Origin: a virus
Taxonomy: Duplodnaviria; Caudoviricetes
Length of the DNA: 52,372 bases
Virus record (IMG/VR): IMGVR_UViG_3300020416_000009
Location: 1 to 52,372 of that record
Direction: 5' to 3' (one strand)
Positions 29,419 to 39,211 of the stretch are shown piece by piece. The first letter of the stretch is position 1. The number at the start of each line of letters is the position of its first letter. The notes beneath the pieces are model-generated. The model was not told the DNA's origin. It searched no databases and saw nothing but the letters and a program-made list of their open reading frames with translations. The position numbers were made by a program, and so were the translations under genes.

Positions 29419-29649
29419 ATGATAGAAACATTTACAGGTTTTATTCTTATGATGTTTATGAGTGGTGATCCCCAAAATAAACCTACGGAATTTACTCCGA
29501 GGGATTCATTATCTCATTGTTTGTCGACTAAAAGAAAAGTATTAAGAACACAAGGATCAGGTGGTCCGCAATGGGTATGCAAAGAAGGTAGTATTGAGAT
29601 GAAAGAATTCAATGGAAAGATGCATCCTGTTCAACTAATAGAGGATTAA
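29419..29649 (+). CDS. small two-cysteine protein with hydrophobic N-terminus
   Basis: FILMMFM, RDSLSHC...WVCKE. Confidence 0.65.
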   Translation: MIETFTGFILMMFMSGDPQNKPTEFTPRDSLSHCLSTKRKVLRTQGSGGPQWVCKEGSIEMKEFNGKMHPVQLIED

Positions 29650-29650
29650 T

Positions 29651-31837
29651 ATGGCAGAAGAAAACTCCGGCTTTCAGGCACTTATTGATAGTGTAAACAA
29701 AAGCAACACAAGTCTTGCAAACGTAGAAGAACATACGCGTAATTCAAGAAGACATCTGCTTGAAATGAAAAAGTCTGTATTTCAGATGGCGGAGATTACT
29801 GAACAACTTGCATCACCTGATACCGAATCAAGACGTGAAGATGTGGCACGTCAAGAAAGAATGATTGATGCGCTTGAAGCTGTTAAAGGAAATACAGGTA
29901 AAGGTGCTGGAGGTGATGGTGGTGCACAAAAAGGTGGATTCTTAGGAGCACTTGGCGGAGGTGGTATAGGTGGATTCCTCGGTGGTGCCGGTCTAGGTGT
30001 AGGTGCTGCTGCAGGAGGATTAGGTCTACTTGCTGGAGGTGGTGCACTTCTACTTAAAGAACTCAGTGAATTTGACGGTGAAGCGGTAAAGAAAAATGTT
30101 CTTGCACTAACTGGTATTGCAGATGAGTTAGTTGCCAAAGAAGGAAGTGTTGCTGCTGCATTTGGTAAAGCAGGTCTACTATCACTTATGTTAGGTGGAC
30201 TAGGTGCAGGACTCGCCGCATTCGGTGTTGGTGCAGGTATCAATACAGTAGTTGCTAAGTTTGAAGATCCTAATAATCCATTTGCAGATTCAGTTAAAAA
30301 TAATGTTATGACACTTATGTCAATTGCAGATCTTCAGTATACTGCAACTGACTTTGCTAAAGTATCCGGAGGTCTTGCAGCATTAGGTCTTGCACTTATA
30401 GCATTTGGAGCAGGTTCAGCTACTGCTACTGCAGGAGCAGCTCTGGATAAAACAGTTCAAAAATTTATGGATGGCACAAGTTTTGCTGATACAACCGTAA
30501 AGAATGTAAGAACTCTATTATCTCTCGCTGATATTAAAGTTGGAGATGCAGGTAAAGTTTCTCTTGCACTTGGTAGTTTAGGTGTAGGTTTAGCATTATT
30601 CGGAGCTGGCCAGACTGTTAAATCAGTAGGTGATCTTGCAAGTGTAGGTACATCTGCGGCGGGTAAAGCGGCAGGTGTTACTATGTTTACCGAAGGAACA
30701 TCTTTTGGTGAAAGAGTTAAAACAGACGTATCTGCACTATTAGATATAATGAGTCATAAGAATGCCACCTTTGGAAAAGTTGCGGCCTTTCCACTTGTTA
30801 TGGGAAGTATAGGTGCAGGTCTTATAGCATTTGCGGTAGGTGAAGTTGCAACAGCAGCTTCAGGTGCGGCGGCCGCTGGCACAGCTAAACTAAGTGATGG
30901 TGTTAAATTATTCACCGAAGGTAAAAGTAACGCACAAAGAGTTAAAGACGAAGTAGAAATATACCTATCAATTGCAGATAAACCTTTTGATCAGATGGCA
31001 GGTAATATAGGTAAATTTGTCACTGTAATGTCGGGTATTGGTGGAGGTCTTGCAGTGTTTGCAGCCGGTGAAGGTGCAACTGCGCTAACCGGATTCTTAG
31101 GAAATATGTCTGCTGGTGAAGACGGCAGTCAGGCTCAAAGAGTAAAAAATCAGGTTGATATATTATTATCAATAGGTGAGGGCAAGGATCTTGAAAATGC
31201 TAAGAAAGCCGGTACGGCAATGAAAGATCTTGGCACTGGATTAGGTGCATTTGCAAAGAGTGAGTTTATAGGATCTATTGCAAGTGTAGGAACAGCCATT
31301 GCTGGATTCTTTGCTGAAGGACCATTTGAGAAAGTATTAGAACTTGCCGATCAATCAGAAGAATTAACAAAAGCAGGTAATGCAATAGGTAATGTTGCTA
31401 CTAATCTAAAAAAGGTTATGGCAATCAAAGTTGACAAAGATGCAATGGATATTAAAACATTTGCAGAAAATCTTAAAGAATCTGTTCCTATTATTGAATC
31501 TGCAATATTCGGGCAAAAAGGCGGTCTAATTTTTGGACAAGATATTGAAGGTTTAGCAAATAAGAGTTTTGCCTATGCAGCTGCAAAAGATAATCTCTTT
31601 ATGTTAAGAAGCGCACTAGATAAAGATTTGGCAGGCGGTGGAGGAGCAAGCGCGACATCTGCATCTGAGGTTGCTATCTCAGCGGGATCAGTTTTAGTTA
31701 CTGGCCCAGTTACTGCTACAGGTCCTGTGACTACAACTGGCGGTGGAGGCGGCGGTGGAAATAACGCTAATGCTGGATCTACTACTCTAGATAAAAAGGA
31801 CCTGGGGGTTATCTTGAACGCAGAAGCAGGTCCATAA
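29651..31837 (+). CDS. tape-measure-like / baseplate hub gp29-like protein
   Basis: 728 aa Gly/Ala-rich helical protein with imperfect internal repeats (GL.AFG.G; VK..V..LLSIAD), downstream of gp26/gp51. Confidence 0.6.
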   Translation: MAEENSGFQALIDSVNKSNTSLANVEEHTRNSRRHLLEMKKSVFQMAEITEQLASPDTESRREDVARQERMIDALEAVKGNTGKGAGGDGGAQKGGFLGALGGGGIGGFLGGAGLGVGAAAGGLGLLAGGGALLLKELSEFDGEAVKKNVLALTGIADELVAKEGSVAAAFGKAGLLSLMLGGLGAGLAAFGVGAGINTVVAKFEDPNNPFADSVKNNVMTLMSIADLQYTATDFAKVSGGLAALGLALIAFGAGSATATAGAALDKTVQKFMDGTSFADTTVKNVRTLLSLADIKVGDAGKVSLALGSLGVGLALFGAGQTVKSVGDLASVGTSAAGKAAGVTMFTEGTSFGERVKTDVSALLDIMSHKNATFGKVAAFPLVMGSIGAGLIAFAVGEVATAASGAAAAGTAKLSDGVKLFTEGKSNAQRVKDEVEIYLSIADKPFDQMAGNIGKFVTVMSGIGGGLAVFAAGEGATALTGFLGNMSAGEDGSQAQRVKNQVDILLSIGEGKDLENAKKAGTAMKDLGTGLGAFAKSEFIGSIASVGTAIAGFFAEGPFEKVLELADQSEELTKAGNAIGNVATNLKKVMAIKVDKDAMDIKTFAENLKESVPIIESAIFGQKGGLIFGQDIEGLANKSFAYAAAKDNLFMLRSALDKDLAGGGGASATSASEVAISAGSVLVTGPVTATGPVTTTGGGGGGGNNANAGSTTLDKKDLGVILNAEAGP

Positions 31838-31867
31838 AAAAAAGGGAGGTAAAAACCTCCCTTTAAA
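31836..31867. terminator. bidirectional intrinsic terminator
   Basis: AAAGGGAGGT-AAAA-ACCTCCCTTT hairpin with an A tract, between convergent genes. Confidence 0.8.
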
Positions 31868-31886
31868 GTTTAAGGAATATTATTCC

Positions 31887-32780
31887 TTAGGCTTCTTTAG
31901 CCAATCGTGAGAAATAACTCAGAGTATCATCATCATTACTTTCACTTTTAATCTCTGGCTCGTTGCTCGTAGGAATGGATGGAGAAGTGGCAACTTCATC
32001 CAGAGATACTGACTCCGCTGTTGTCATTGGAGCAGATTCACCGAGAACTCTCATGAGTTTTTCTTGGAGTTCACCGTATGATTTGTAAGTCTTAGGATCA
32101 AGGAACTCCTGTAGACTATGCATTCTATTATAGACACCTTCCAATTCGGTATCATCACCGTTAAGTAAAGCAGCTGGTGCTGCAAACTCAGATTTATCAT
32201 AATTACGATAACCTTCAACCTGTCGAATTTTCAGTTTGAAATCGGCACCTTCCCAGAAGTCAAATGGATTAACAGGCTTCTCGTCTTGGAATTGTGGTTG
32301 CATTAAATCCATGATTTTATCAAAGATTTTTTTACCAAATTGATAAAGGAATACTTTTCCTTCATTAGATGGATTTGAAGGATCAGACACAACCATAATG
32401 TTGGTTACATAATGTAGCCTACGCTTACGATCTCTAACAGTCTGTTTATCTTCATCTCTACCTGTATTCCAAAGTTTAGAATTCATTTCGGAAACAGGAT
32501 CAGGTTGACTGATTGAAGTCAAAGATTTTTCAATGTACCATAATCCACCAGGACCCTTAAAGCCGTGATCCCAATATCGAACCCAGGGGAGATCCTCACC
32601 CTCTGGTGCTGGGAGAAATCGGACTACTGCGTAACCATTACCAGCTTTATCAACTGTTGGTTTCCAGAACCGATCATCTTTGTAGGATTTTTGTTCTCCT
32701 CCGCCACCAGCTGCGCTGGCTGCTTCGGTTAATTTTGAAATATCGTTTAAACGATTTTCTTTAAGTGCTGCAAAAGACAT
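31887..32780 (-). CDS. gp32: single-stranded DNA-binding protein gp32
   Basis: DDRFWKPTVDKAGNGYAVVRFLPAP, GKKIFDKI, FDFWEGADFKLKIR motifs and acidic tail. Confidence 0.97.
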   Translation of the reverse strand: MSFAALKENRLNDISKLTEAASAAGGGGEQKSYKDDRFWKPTVDKAGNGYAVVRFLPAPEGEDLPWVRYWDHGFKGPGGLWYIEKSLTSISQPDPVSEMNSKLWNTGRDEDKQTVRDRKRRLHYVTNIMVVSDPSNPSNEGKVFLYQFGKKIFDKIMDLMQPQFQDEKPVNPFDFWEGADFKLKIRQVEGYRNYDKSEFAAPAALLNGDDTELEGVYNRMHSLQEFLDPKTYKSYGELQEKLMRVLGESAPMTTAESVSLDEVATSPSIPTSNEPEIKSESNDDDTLSYFSRLAKEA

Positions 32781-32842
32781 ATGTATTTACTCCGTATTTT
32801 GTATTTGCTGAATTGTCCAATTTATTCATAATCAATAAGTAT

Positions 32843-32871
32843 ATTATACCACAGTTTTATTAGAATGTAAA
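32843..32871 (-). promoter_or_regulatory. T4-type early (sigma70) promoter for gp32
   Basis: GTTTACA -35, 17 bp spacer, TGTGG-TATAAT extended -10. Confidence 0.8.
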
Positions 32872-33441
32872 CCGTTTTATGCATATTTGTTGCATTTTTT
32901 TCAAATCACAATTAATAAAAGTGCGATACTTTTTAATCAACCGAGACATATCCGGCCAGACAATTGTCTCAGTTATTTGTTTATCTGCATCTTTCATGAA
33001 ACCTACTAGTTTATCTAGTATGACCACCGATTCCAAACAGATATTGTTACTCATATATTCTTCCACTACGAAAGGATGAGTACCAATTGAAAAGAGATCA
33101 TCAAATTGTTTTACTCTTTCCGTTAGACTATTTATATCATTCGTAAATGTATAAGTCAAAGATTCTTTCTTTCTTTTCCATTCTGTAAAATGTTCATCTC
33201 CTTCAAGCATTTCACCTATCCATTTGTTACCACTTATAAACTGTGATACATAAAAATCTACCAGCTCATCAGGTGTGTGAAATTTTTTTGAGAGTTTTGC
33301 AAAATGGTATTTGTCTCTTCGTTTCCAAAACGATTGAGGACTAATAGATGTTTTAAAATTATATTTGGCAGCATCATAAGAATCACTTTCAAAGTGAAGT
33401 TTTATTGCCATATAATATTTGTAAGCGTCAAATGGTTCCAT
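32860..33441 (-). CDS. gp59: helicase loader gp59
   Basis: YKYYMAIKLHF..YD..KYN and KRRDKYHFAKL motifs; adjacent to gp32; start moved to MEPFDAY. Confidence 0.88.
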   Translation of the reverse strand: MEPFDAYKYYMAIKLHFESDSYDAAKYNFKTSISPQSFWKRRDKYHFAKLSKKFHTPDELVDFYVSQFISGNKWIGEMLEGDEHFTEWKRKKESLTYTFTNDINSLTERVKQFDDLFSIGTHPFVVEEYMSNNICLESVVILDKLVGFMKDADKQITETIVWPDMSRLIKKYRTFINCDLKKMQQICIKRFTF

Positions 33442-33482
33442 AATATATCCGGTAGCCCCCATATTTCAGGGGGCTATTTAAT

Positions 33483-34505
33483 TTATTTAGGTAAGAATGC
33501 GTCGATTCCGTCAACGTACTGATTCATACCAAGTAGATCTCCAACTGATTTTCCAGGGAAGATAACAAATTCGCCTGATTCGATTGCGGCTGCAATCTTT
33601 TCGGCTGCCTCTTTTACATTAGCAGGCATATTTGTATAAGGCGCCATTTCAACCATGCCGGTATTCATGCCTCCCCATGTATCTGCCATTTCCCATGTTC
33701 CATCCATAACTGCTTTTACTCTAGCAACATAGTAAGGACCCCATTGGTCAATGATAGAAGTTAGTTGAGTATTAGGCGCAAAATTAATCATGTCAGATGC
33801 TTGACCAAAAGCAAATATTCCTTCAGCTTCAGCAACTTGTAGAGGTGCAGTAGAATCTGTATGCTGTGTTAAGATATCAGCACCTTGATTAATTAATACT
33901 TTAGCAGCATCTGCTTCTTTGCCTGGATCATACCATGTGTTAACCCATATGACATCAATATCAAAGTCAGGATTAATTGATGTTGCACCAAGATAAAATG
34001 CATTGATTCCTCTTACAACTTCAGGAATTGGAAAAGATGCAATATAACCTGCTTTTCCTTTTCTACTCATCATTCCTGCAATAACACCTTGTACATATCT
34101 TCCTTCATAAAATTTAGAAGAATAGATTGACATATTAGGTGCAGTTTTGTAACCTGTTGCGTGTTCAAATTTTACATTCGGAAAGTCTTTAGCAACTTTT
34201 AGCATTGCTTCCATATAACCAAATGACGTTGCGAATATAATATCTGTTCCACCTAAAGCCATTTGACGCATGACTCTTTCAGCATCAGGACCTTCTGGTA
34301 CATTTTCAACATATACGGTTTCTACTTTATCACCAAAAGCTTCAATCACAGATTGACGTCCTTGATCATGCATGTAAGTCCAACCGTGGTCACCCACTGG
34401 TCCGACAAAAACAAATCCGACTTTTAACTTTTCACCTGCAATTGCAGAGAATGTTAAAGTCAACGGTAGTAGTGCTACTACCAGAGCCCTTAATAGTATT
34501 TTCAT
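33483..34505 (-). CDS. BMP-family ABC transporter substrate-binding protein (purine nucleoside type), Sec signal
   Basis: KVGFVFVGPVGDHGWTYMHDQGR, IFATSFGY, PIPEVVRGINAF and WYDPGKE motifs. Confidence 0.93.
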   Translation of the reverse strand: MKILLRALVVALLPLTLTFSAIAGEKLKVGFVFVGPVGDHGWTYMHDQGRQSVIEAFGDKVETVYVENVPEGPDAERVMRQMALGGTDIIFATSFGYMEAMLKVAKDFPNVKFEHATGYKTAPNMSIYSSKFYEGRYVQGVIAGMMSRKGKAGYIASFPIPEVVRGINAFYLGATSINPDFDIDVIWVNTWYDPGKEADAAKVLINQGADILTQHTDSTAPLQVAEAEGIFAFGQASDMINFAPNTQLTSIIDQWGPYYVARVKAVMDGTWEMADTWGGMNTGMVEMAPYTNMPANVKEAAEKIAAAIESGEFVIFPGKSVGDLLGMNQYVDGIDAFLPK

Positions 34506-34583
34506 AAATTTCCTTTCGAGGGTGTTTTGGCGGGATCGTAAGGAGATACTCCGCCGGTTAAAATAGTATATATACGATTACAG

Positions 34584-34730
34584 TTAAAATAATCCTAATA
34601 ATTTTGCATTTCCTGCAATGATAAACAAACATGTTGTTATGTGTAAGATCACCCACATACTTCTTATAAACAACATGTATTTATCGTAAGGCTTTGTTTT
34701 ATCATCTGAATAACTACCTAAAGCATACAT
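34584..34730 (-). CDS. small membrane protein (below the ORF-track cutoff)
   Basis: MYALGSYSDDKTKPYDKYMLFIRSMWVILHITTCLFIIAGNAKLLGLF; possible TTG start at 34754. Confidence 0.55.
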   Translation of the reverse strand: MYALGSYSDDKTKPYDKYMLFIRSMWVILHITTCLFIIAGNAKLLGLF

Positions 34731-34746
34731 CCAGGCCTTATAAAAA

Positions 34747-35184
34747 CTAGCCAACACGATTTCCTCTTAAAGCAAAGAATAAACCGCCTACCCATAATAA
34801 TACATGAAGATTATCATATAATATTACATCCATAAAGCTTTCAGGTTCACCAATCCATATAACACCTGTCATGATACATGCTAATGTTATACCACTGAAT
34901 CTTGTTATAAGATCGCCCCAAGGTTCAATAAAATCTACACCAAATATTTGTTCCATTGTAGCTGGTGTTTTACTTAGTATTCCGCCTGCAATTAAACCTA
35001 TGCCACCTAGTAATTCGCCATAAGCAACAAACCACCAGACAAGATATGATAATCCATATGATGCTGCTTCATCCGCGCTAACAGGAAGTTTCATTAATCC
35101 TTGTTGAATAAAAATAATTGCTAAAGGTATTCTAAACAACCAGTGACTTAAACAAAAGTCAGGTAATTTACTTAATATATTCAT
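34747..35184 (-). CDS. DoxX-family membrane protein
   Basis: RIPLAIIFIQQGLMKLP and AYGELLGGIGL motifs, four TM helices; ATGA-coupled start. Confidence 0.75.
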   Translation of the reverse strand: MNILSKLPDFCLSHWLFRIPLAIIFIQQGLMKLPVSADEAASYGLSYLVWWFVAYGELLGGIGLIAGGILSKTPATMEQIFGVDFIEPWGDLITRFSGITLACIMTGVIWIGEPESFMDVILYDNLHVLLWVGGLFFALRGNRVG

Positions 35185-35432
35185 TTTGCTTTCCATCTAT
35201 AAACTTCTTCAATACAGAAGTTGCGTAAAAATTTACAAGAGTTGTCCTCACGACATACTCTTTCATGTTTGCTATTTTGCCAACACTCACTACCGAAACC
35301 ACGCATACTCACAAACTTTGCAAATCCATCGTCTATTGATAATATCATGATTGCCGGTAAACCGATAAAGAGTAGCATTATCCACATAAACGCTACACCA
35401 AATCCTTTGTTATGATATGCTTGATTGCTCAT
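35181..35432 (-). CDS. small membrane protein with Cys-rich C-terminus
   Basis: One TM helix followed by four Cys; translational coupling. Confidence 0.65.
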   Translation of the reverse strand: MSNQAYHNKGFGVAFMWIMLLFIGLPAIMILSIDDGFAKFVSMRGFGSECWQNSKHERVCREDNSCKFLRNFCIEEVYRWKAK

Positions 35433-35686
35433 GCTTTATCACTTATATTTCTTTCTTGCGGTACGCATAGAATAGTTTTTACTGCATTCGCTGTAGGATA
35501 TACAGATCTTCCATAACCTTTAAGAGCATCTAGATTTTCATCTATATGCATTCCACATTCTTTTTCTGTCATAAAATATAATGGCTTTCCGTCTAACCAC
35601 TTAACTTCAACTGAATCATTTTCTGGTATCATAGCAGGATCACCCCACCACATTACAATTGCAATAATAAAAACCTTTGTCATCAT
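35429..35686 (-). CDS. small two-cysteine protein with hydrophobic N-terminus
   Basis: VFIIAIVMWW, YFMTEKEC...ILCVP. Confidence 0.7.
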   Translation of the reverse strand: MMTKVFIIAIVMWWGDPAMIPENDSVEVKWLDGKPLYFMTEKECGMHIDENLDALKGYGRSVYPTANAVKTILCVPQERNISDKA

Positions 35687-35898
35687 ATTCCCTTTTTCTT
35701 ATTTAAATTCTGTGGATCATATTGATCTATTATTTCTTCTGGTAAGTGCCTACTGCCTGTACCATCAACACCCCAGTTATTAAAAGATGCTACAATGATT
35801 ATTGCAATAAATCCATAACAAAGATATTTTAAGAAAACTAAAAAACCTTTATACGTTTTTTGAGCTTCAGCCAGTGCGGCTTCTTTAACATCACTCAT
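35683..35898 (-). CDS. small single-TM protein
   Basis: One hydrophobic helix; coupled to neighbours. Confidence 0.65.
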   Translation of the reverse strand: MSDVKEAALAEAQKTYKGFLVFLKYLCYGFIAIIIVASFNNWGVDGTGSRHLPEEIIDQYDPQNLNKKKGI

Positions 35899-36921
35899 TT
35901 AACCTCCAAAAACTGTGTTATGTGTGTTATTTACACGAACAAATGTTGAACATTTAGAAAGTGTTTTAAGTTTCTTTGCTCCAACATAAGTGCAAGCAGA
36001 TCTTACACCACTTAATATATCGATGATAGTATCTTTAACAGGTCCTTTATATTCAACCTCTACAGTTTTACCTTCTTCACCACGATATTCTCTTTTTCCT
36101 ACTTTGTGTCTATCCATTGCCGTGTTAGATGACATACCATAAAATCTCATTTTGCCGTCTGCAATTTCTCCGTCACATTCATCATGACCTGCAAGCATTC
36201 CACCAATCATTACAAAATCAGCACCACCTGCAAAAGCTTTTGCAATATCACCGGAGTTATTGCATCCACCATCAGCAATGATATGACCATCTAAACCATG
36301 AGCTGCATCTGCACATTCCATCACAGCGCTGAGTTGTGGATAACCTACACCAGTTTTGATTCTTGTAGTACACACCGAGCCTGGTCCTACACCGACTTTA
36401 ATAATATCTGCACCAGAAAGAATCAATTCCTGAGTCATATCTGCAGTGACCACATTACCCGCTATGATTGTTGCATCCGGACAAGCATCTCTTAATTTTT
36501 TAACAGCATCTACGAAACTAATTGTATAACCATTTGCTACATCCAATCCAATAAAAGCTGGACGTGTGTTATTGTAAATGTTAATTGTTTGTTCCATATC
36601 CCAATCAGCGATACCGCCCATAACGCATAGTGTATTTGTATTTTTTTCGTATGGAAGTTTCCACCAGTTATCTGAATTAGAGTTATAATGTTTTGCAATG
36701 CATGTAATTACATCATGTTCGCTTAATGCTTTATGCATTTCAAATGTTCCAACGGTATCCATATTAGATGCCATGATTGGAATACCAGTCCATTCTTTTT
36801 TACTATTAACAAACTGATATGTTCTATCCATTTTAACATCAAAACGCGAAATAAGCGTTGATCTTTTTGGTCTTATTAAAACGTCTGAATAATCGAGTTT
36901 AATATCTTCTTCTATTCTCAT
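35899..36921 (-). CDS. guaC: GMP reductase
   Basis: LDYSDVLIRPKRSTL, ASNMDTVG, DVANGY, KVGVGPGSVCTTR and GVRSACTYVGA motifs. Confidence 0.96.
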   Translation of the reverse strand: MRIEEDIKLDYSDVLIRPKRSTLISRFDVKMDRTYQFVNSKKEWTGIPIMASNMDTVGTFEMHKALSEHDVITCIAKHYNSNSDNWWKLPYEKNTNTLCVMGGIADWDMEQTINIYNNTRPAFIGLDVANGYTISFVDAVKKLRDACPDATIIAGNVVTADMTQELILSGADIIKVGVGPGSVCTTRIKTGVGYPQLSAVMECADAAHGLDGHIIADGGCNNSGDIAKAFAGGADFVMIGGMLAGHDECDGEIADGKMRFYGMSSNTAMDRHKVGKREYRGEEGKTVEVEYKGPVKDTIIDILSGVRSACTYVGAKKLKTLSKCSTFVRVNNTHNTVFGG

Positions 36922-37109
36922 TGGTTTACCCTGTAATTTTCATAGAAATTCCAAGCCACACTTCCCATAATCAATGTAAAAAAATCTCCAATAAGAAGAC
37001 TTGTGCCTATCACATATGCTGACACGATAATCATAAAATAATCTCTTAGTTCTAATTGTGGTTTCTTTGGAGGTTTATCTCTATAGTCTTTGAATTCATG
37101 TGGCATCAT
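36918..37109 (-). CDS. small membrane protein
   Basis: Hydrophobic hairpin; coupled ORF. Confidence 0.6.
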   Translation of the reverse strand: MMPHEFKDYRDKPPKKPQLELRDYFMIIVSAYVIGTSLLIGDFFTLIMGSVAWNFYENYRVNQ

Positions 37110-37324
37110 ATCGGTAAAGACGCTCCACCTTTCATCATATTTAATTCAACAGCTTCAGCTTTAATCTTTTCTTTTAGTATAGGACTAATAAGATTACCAA
37201 TATCTGCTGTGTCTAGTTCTCTATCATGACATACATCACATACTGCATCAATATACGGCATAGGTTTATCTTTTATTTTTTCTTCAACGAGTTTTGCAAA
37301 TCGCTTTTTAGTTAGTACTTCCAT
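37106..37324 (-). CDS. gp33: late-promoter transcription coactivator gp33
   Basis: YIDAV..C, LISPILKEKIKAEA.ELN motifs; TAATG-coupled start. Confidence 0.85.
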   Translation of the reverse strand: MEVLTKKRFAKLVEEKIKDKPMPYIDAVCDVCHDRELDTADIGNLISPILKEKIKAEAVELNMMKGGASLPI

Positions 37325-37836
37325 TATTTTTCCCATCTATAAAATATGTGAGATTCAATTCTCGTTGTACGAGTTTTTGTATAAGCCCATGCTGGTCTCA
37401 CATACGTTGCATGGTAATGTGTTGCTCCTTCTGTTATATCCATAATCCTATATGACATAACAATTCTTGCATATTCAACTGCTTTCCACCAAGCTTTTGA
37501 CTCTTTAGCATCATCAGACTTGCCGTCACAGAACCAACTAAATTGACATTTATGTCTTATTGGTATTCTTTTATTTGGATCTTTCCATGATGGTCTTGAC
37601 GGTCCTTGCTTAACTACTTCACATACAGAGTTTGGGTATCTATGATCACGAACTCTATTCATAGTAACTAAACCAACTGCAATTTGACCTACCATTGATT
37701 GATTTTTTGCTTCATGATATATGTTTAATGCCATACATTGAACATCATCAACATACTTGTTAAAAGCTTGTGCATTTACTGGAGTGTACAACGCAGCAAG
37801 AACACCTACTGCAATTAATTTATTAAACAGTTTCAT
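37324..37836 (-). CDS. SleB-like cell wall hydrolase (Hydrolase_2)
   Basis: Signal peptide, CMALNIYHEAKNQ, CQFSWFCDGK, GATHYHATYVRPAW and HIFY motifs. Confidence 0.92.
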   Translation of the reverse strand: MKLFNKLIAVGVLAALYTPVNAQAFNKYVDDVQCMALNIYHEAKNQSMVGQIAVGLVTMNRVRDHRYPNSVCEVVKQGPSRPSWKDPNKRIPIRHKCQFSWFCDGKSDDAKESKAWWKAVEYARIVMSYRIMDITEGATHYHATYVRPAWAYTKTRTTRIESHIFYRWEK

Positions 37837-38945
37837 ATAACCCTCAATAGTATGGTGTCTTTGTTTATCCTTGGAGCAGGTTTTCGAGTTTTTGTTGTGA
37901 GACTTGACCATGCTTTGTCAATTTGTTTGGTAGTTTTATTTATAACTATAGGAATAAAGTCATCAGGCTTTCTCAGAGTTACACACCTTGACACATCCAT
38001 ATCAACATCTTTCAATGTAGAACCACTAACTTGAAAACCTTTAGGTGACAAGGTAACATACTCTGTAAGAATTTTATTCTTTACATTGAATGTGTAGAGC
38101 CTTTCAGCTCCAGGAATAGATGTGGCTGCCACAGATACGATTTTAAAATCCTTATCTTCTCTCATATATGACAATCTAGCTACCTGCTTATCTGCAGTGC
38201 GAGTCTTTGGAGCACGGGTCTTACGCCTTGCCTTTGCAGCTGACTTGATTTTTTCAAGATCAGCCAGCATGGCTTCACAATGTTTGATTCGTCTGTTGAT
38301 TTCTGATCTCTTTAAATGAGAATAACCTTCAACTGCTTGTTCACATCGTTTGTGATAAGCATCTGTATAATCTAAAAGCCATCCTTCAATAACATCTCTA
38401 CATGGTTGTGCTGCTGCACCTGTTAATCCATGATATTTAAATCTTTCATAAAGATCGAGCTCAGGTTTTTCACCTTCAATCCAAGCATCCTGTAAATCTT
38501 CGAGCTCGATCAATACGGTTTTATTAATCTTAATACGTAATCTTTCTTGAGGGGTTAGAACTATTACGTTAGATTTTTCTTTAGCGATTTCTTTTTTCTG
38601 TTTGAGTATTTCCTTTCCTACTGGAATTAAATCATCGAATCGAGATTTTAGGCTATCTCTATAGCTTAAGTGTTTTTCCTCAAATTGACCCCCTTGGTCT
38701 ACGTACCAGATAGTAGCCGCTCGGTGCGTGTAAGATGTGAAATGATACTCAGGATTTGCTAGAATGGCAGCAGCATCTGATTTGGCATAAGTCTTTTTGA
38801 CCCATTCTTTACAGATACTTGTAATAGTTTTCTTATCAATATCCATATGAAATATTGAAAGAACATGAGTAAAACCTTTTGTTGGATCAACCGCGGCTAG
38901 TCCTGTCCTAGGTCTTGCTTTAAACTTTTTCTTACGTGCTACCAT
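37833..38945 (-). CDS. conserved hypothetical T4-like phage protein
   Basis: 370 aa basic protein; AGGAG RBS; TLRKP and RINKDTILLR C-terminus. Confidence 0.75.
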   Translation of the reverse strand: MVARKKKFKARPRTGLAAVDPTKGFTHVLSIFHMDIDKKTITSICKEWVKKTYAKSDAAAILANPEYHFTSYTHRAATIWYVDQGGQFEEKHLSYRDSLKSRFDDLIPVGKEILKQKKEIAKEKSNVIVLTPQERLRIKINKTVLIELEDLQDAWIEGEKPELDLYERFKYHGLTGAAAQPCRDVIEGWLLDYTDAYHKRCEQAVEGYSHLKRSEINRRIKHCEAMLADLEKIKSAAKARRKTRAPKTRTADKQVARLSYMREDKDFKIVSVAATSIPGAERLYTFNVKNKILTEYVTLSPKGFQVSGSTLKDVDMDVSRCVTLRKPDDFIPIVINKTTKQIDKAWSSLTTKTRKPAPRINKDTILLRVI

Positions 38946-39128
38946 CTAACTTCTCCTTTGTTGTTGCTGGGATCTTACCGATTTTTTCCAAAACGAACCT
39001 CTGAATTGAGGCAACCCATAGTTTTTGTCCACCACTTCTAGTGAGGGCTGGCAAGACCCACCTACTTTTGTTTGAATCGCTGTAGGCTTGACCATGTTTA
39101 TACTCATCCGATTATTCATTATGTATAC

Positions 39129-39211
39129 ATTCTACCATATAACGCGGTAAATGTACACAACTATTTTCAGTTGAATGCATTTTTTTTATATGCTGTGACA
39201 AATATATCACT
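39129..39211 (-). promoter_or_regulatory. composite early promoter cassette, copy 1
   Basis: TGTACA-17-TAGAAT, A tract, and TGTGA-N8-TCACT palindrome at 39194-39211. Confidence 0.75.

Noticed and set aside
29900-30050. GGT/GGA-rich low-complexity repeats
   Set aside because: Explained by Gly-rich coding in the tape-measure-like protein
9238-31837. Numerous 60-130 aa antisense or alternative-frame ORFs inside structural genes (e.g. 9792..10103, 13362..13583, 29851..30243)
   Set aside because: Shadow ORFs of well-supported genes, without RBS or motifs
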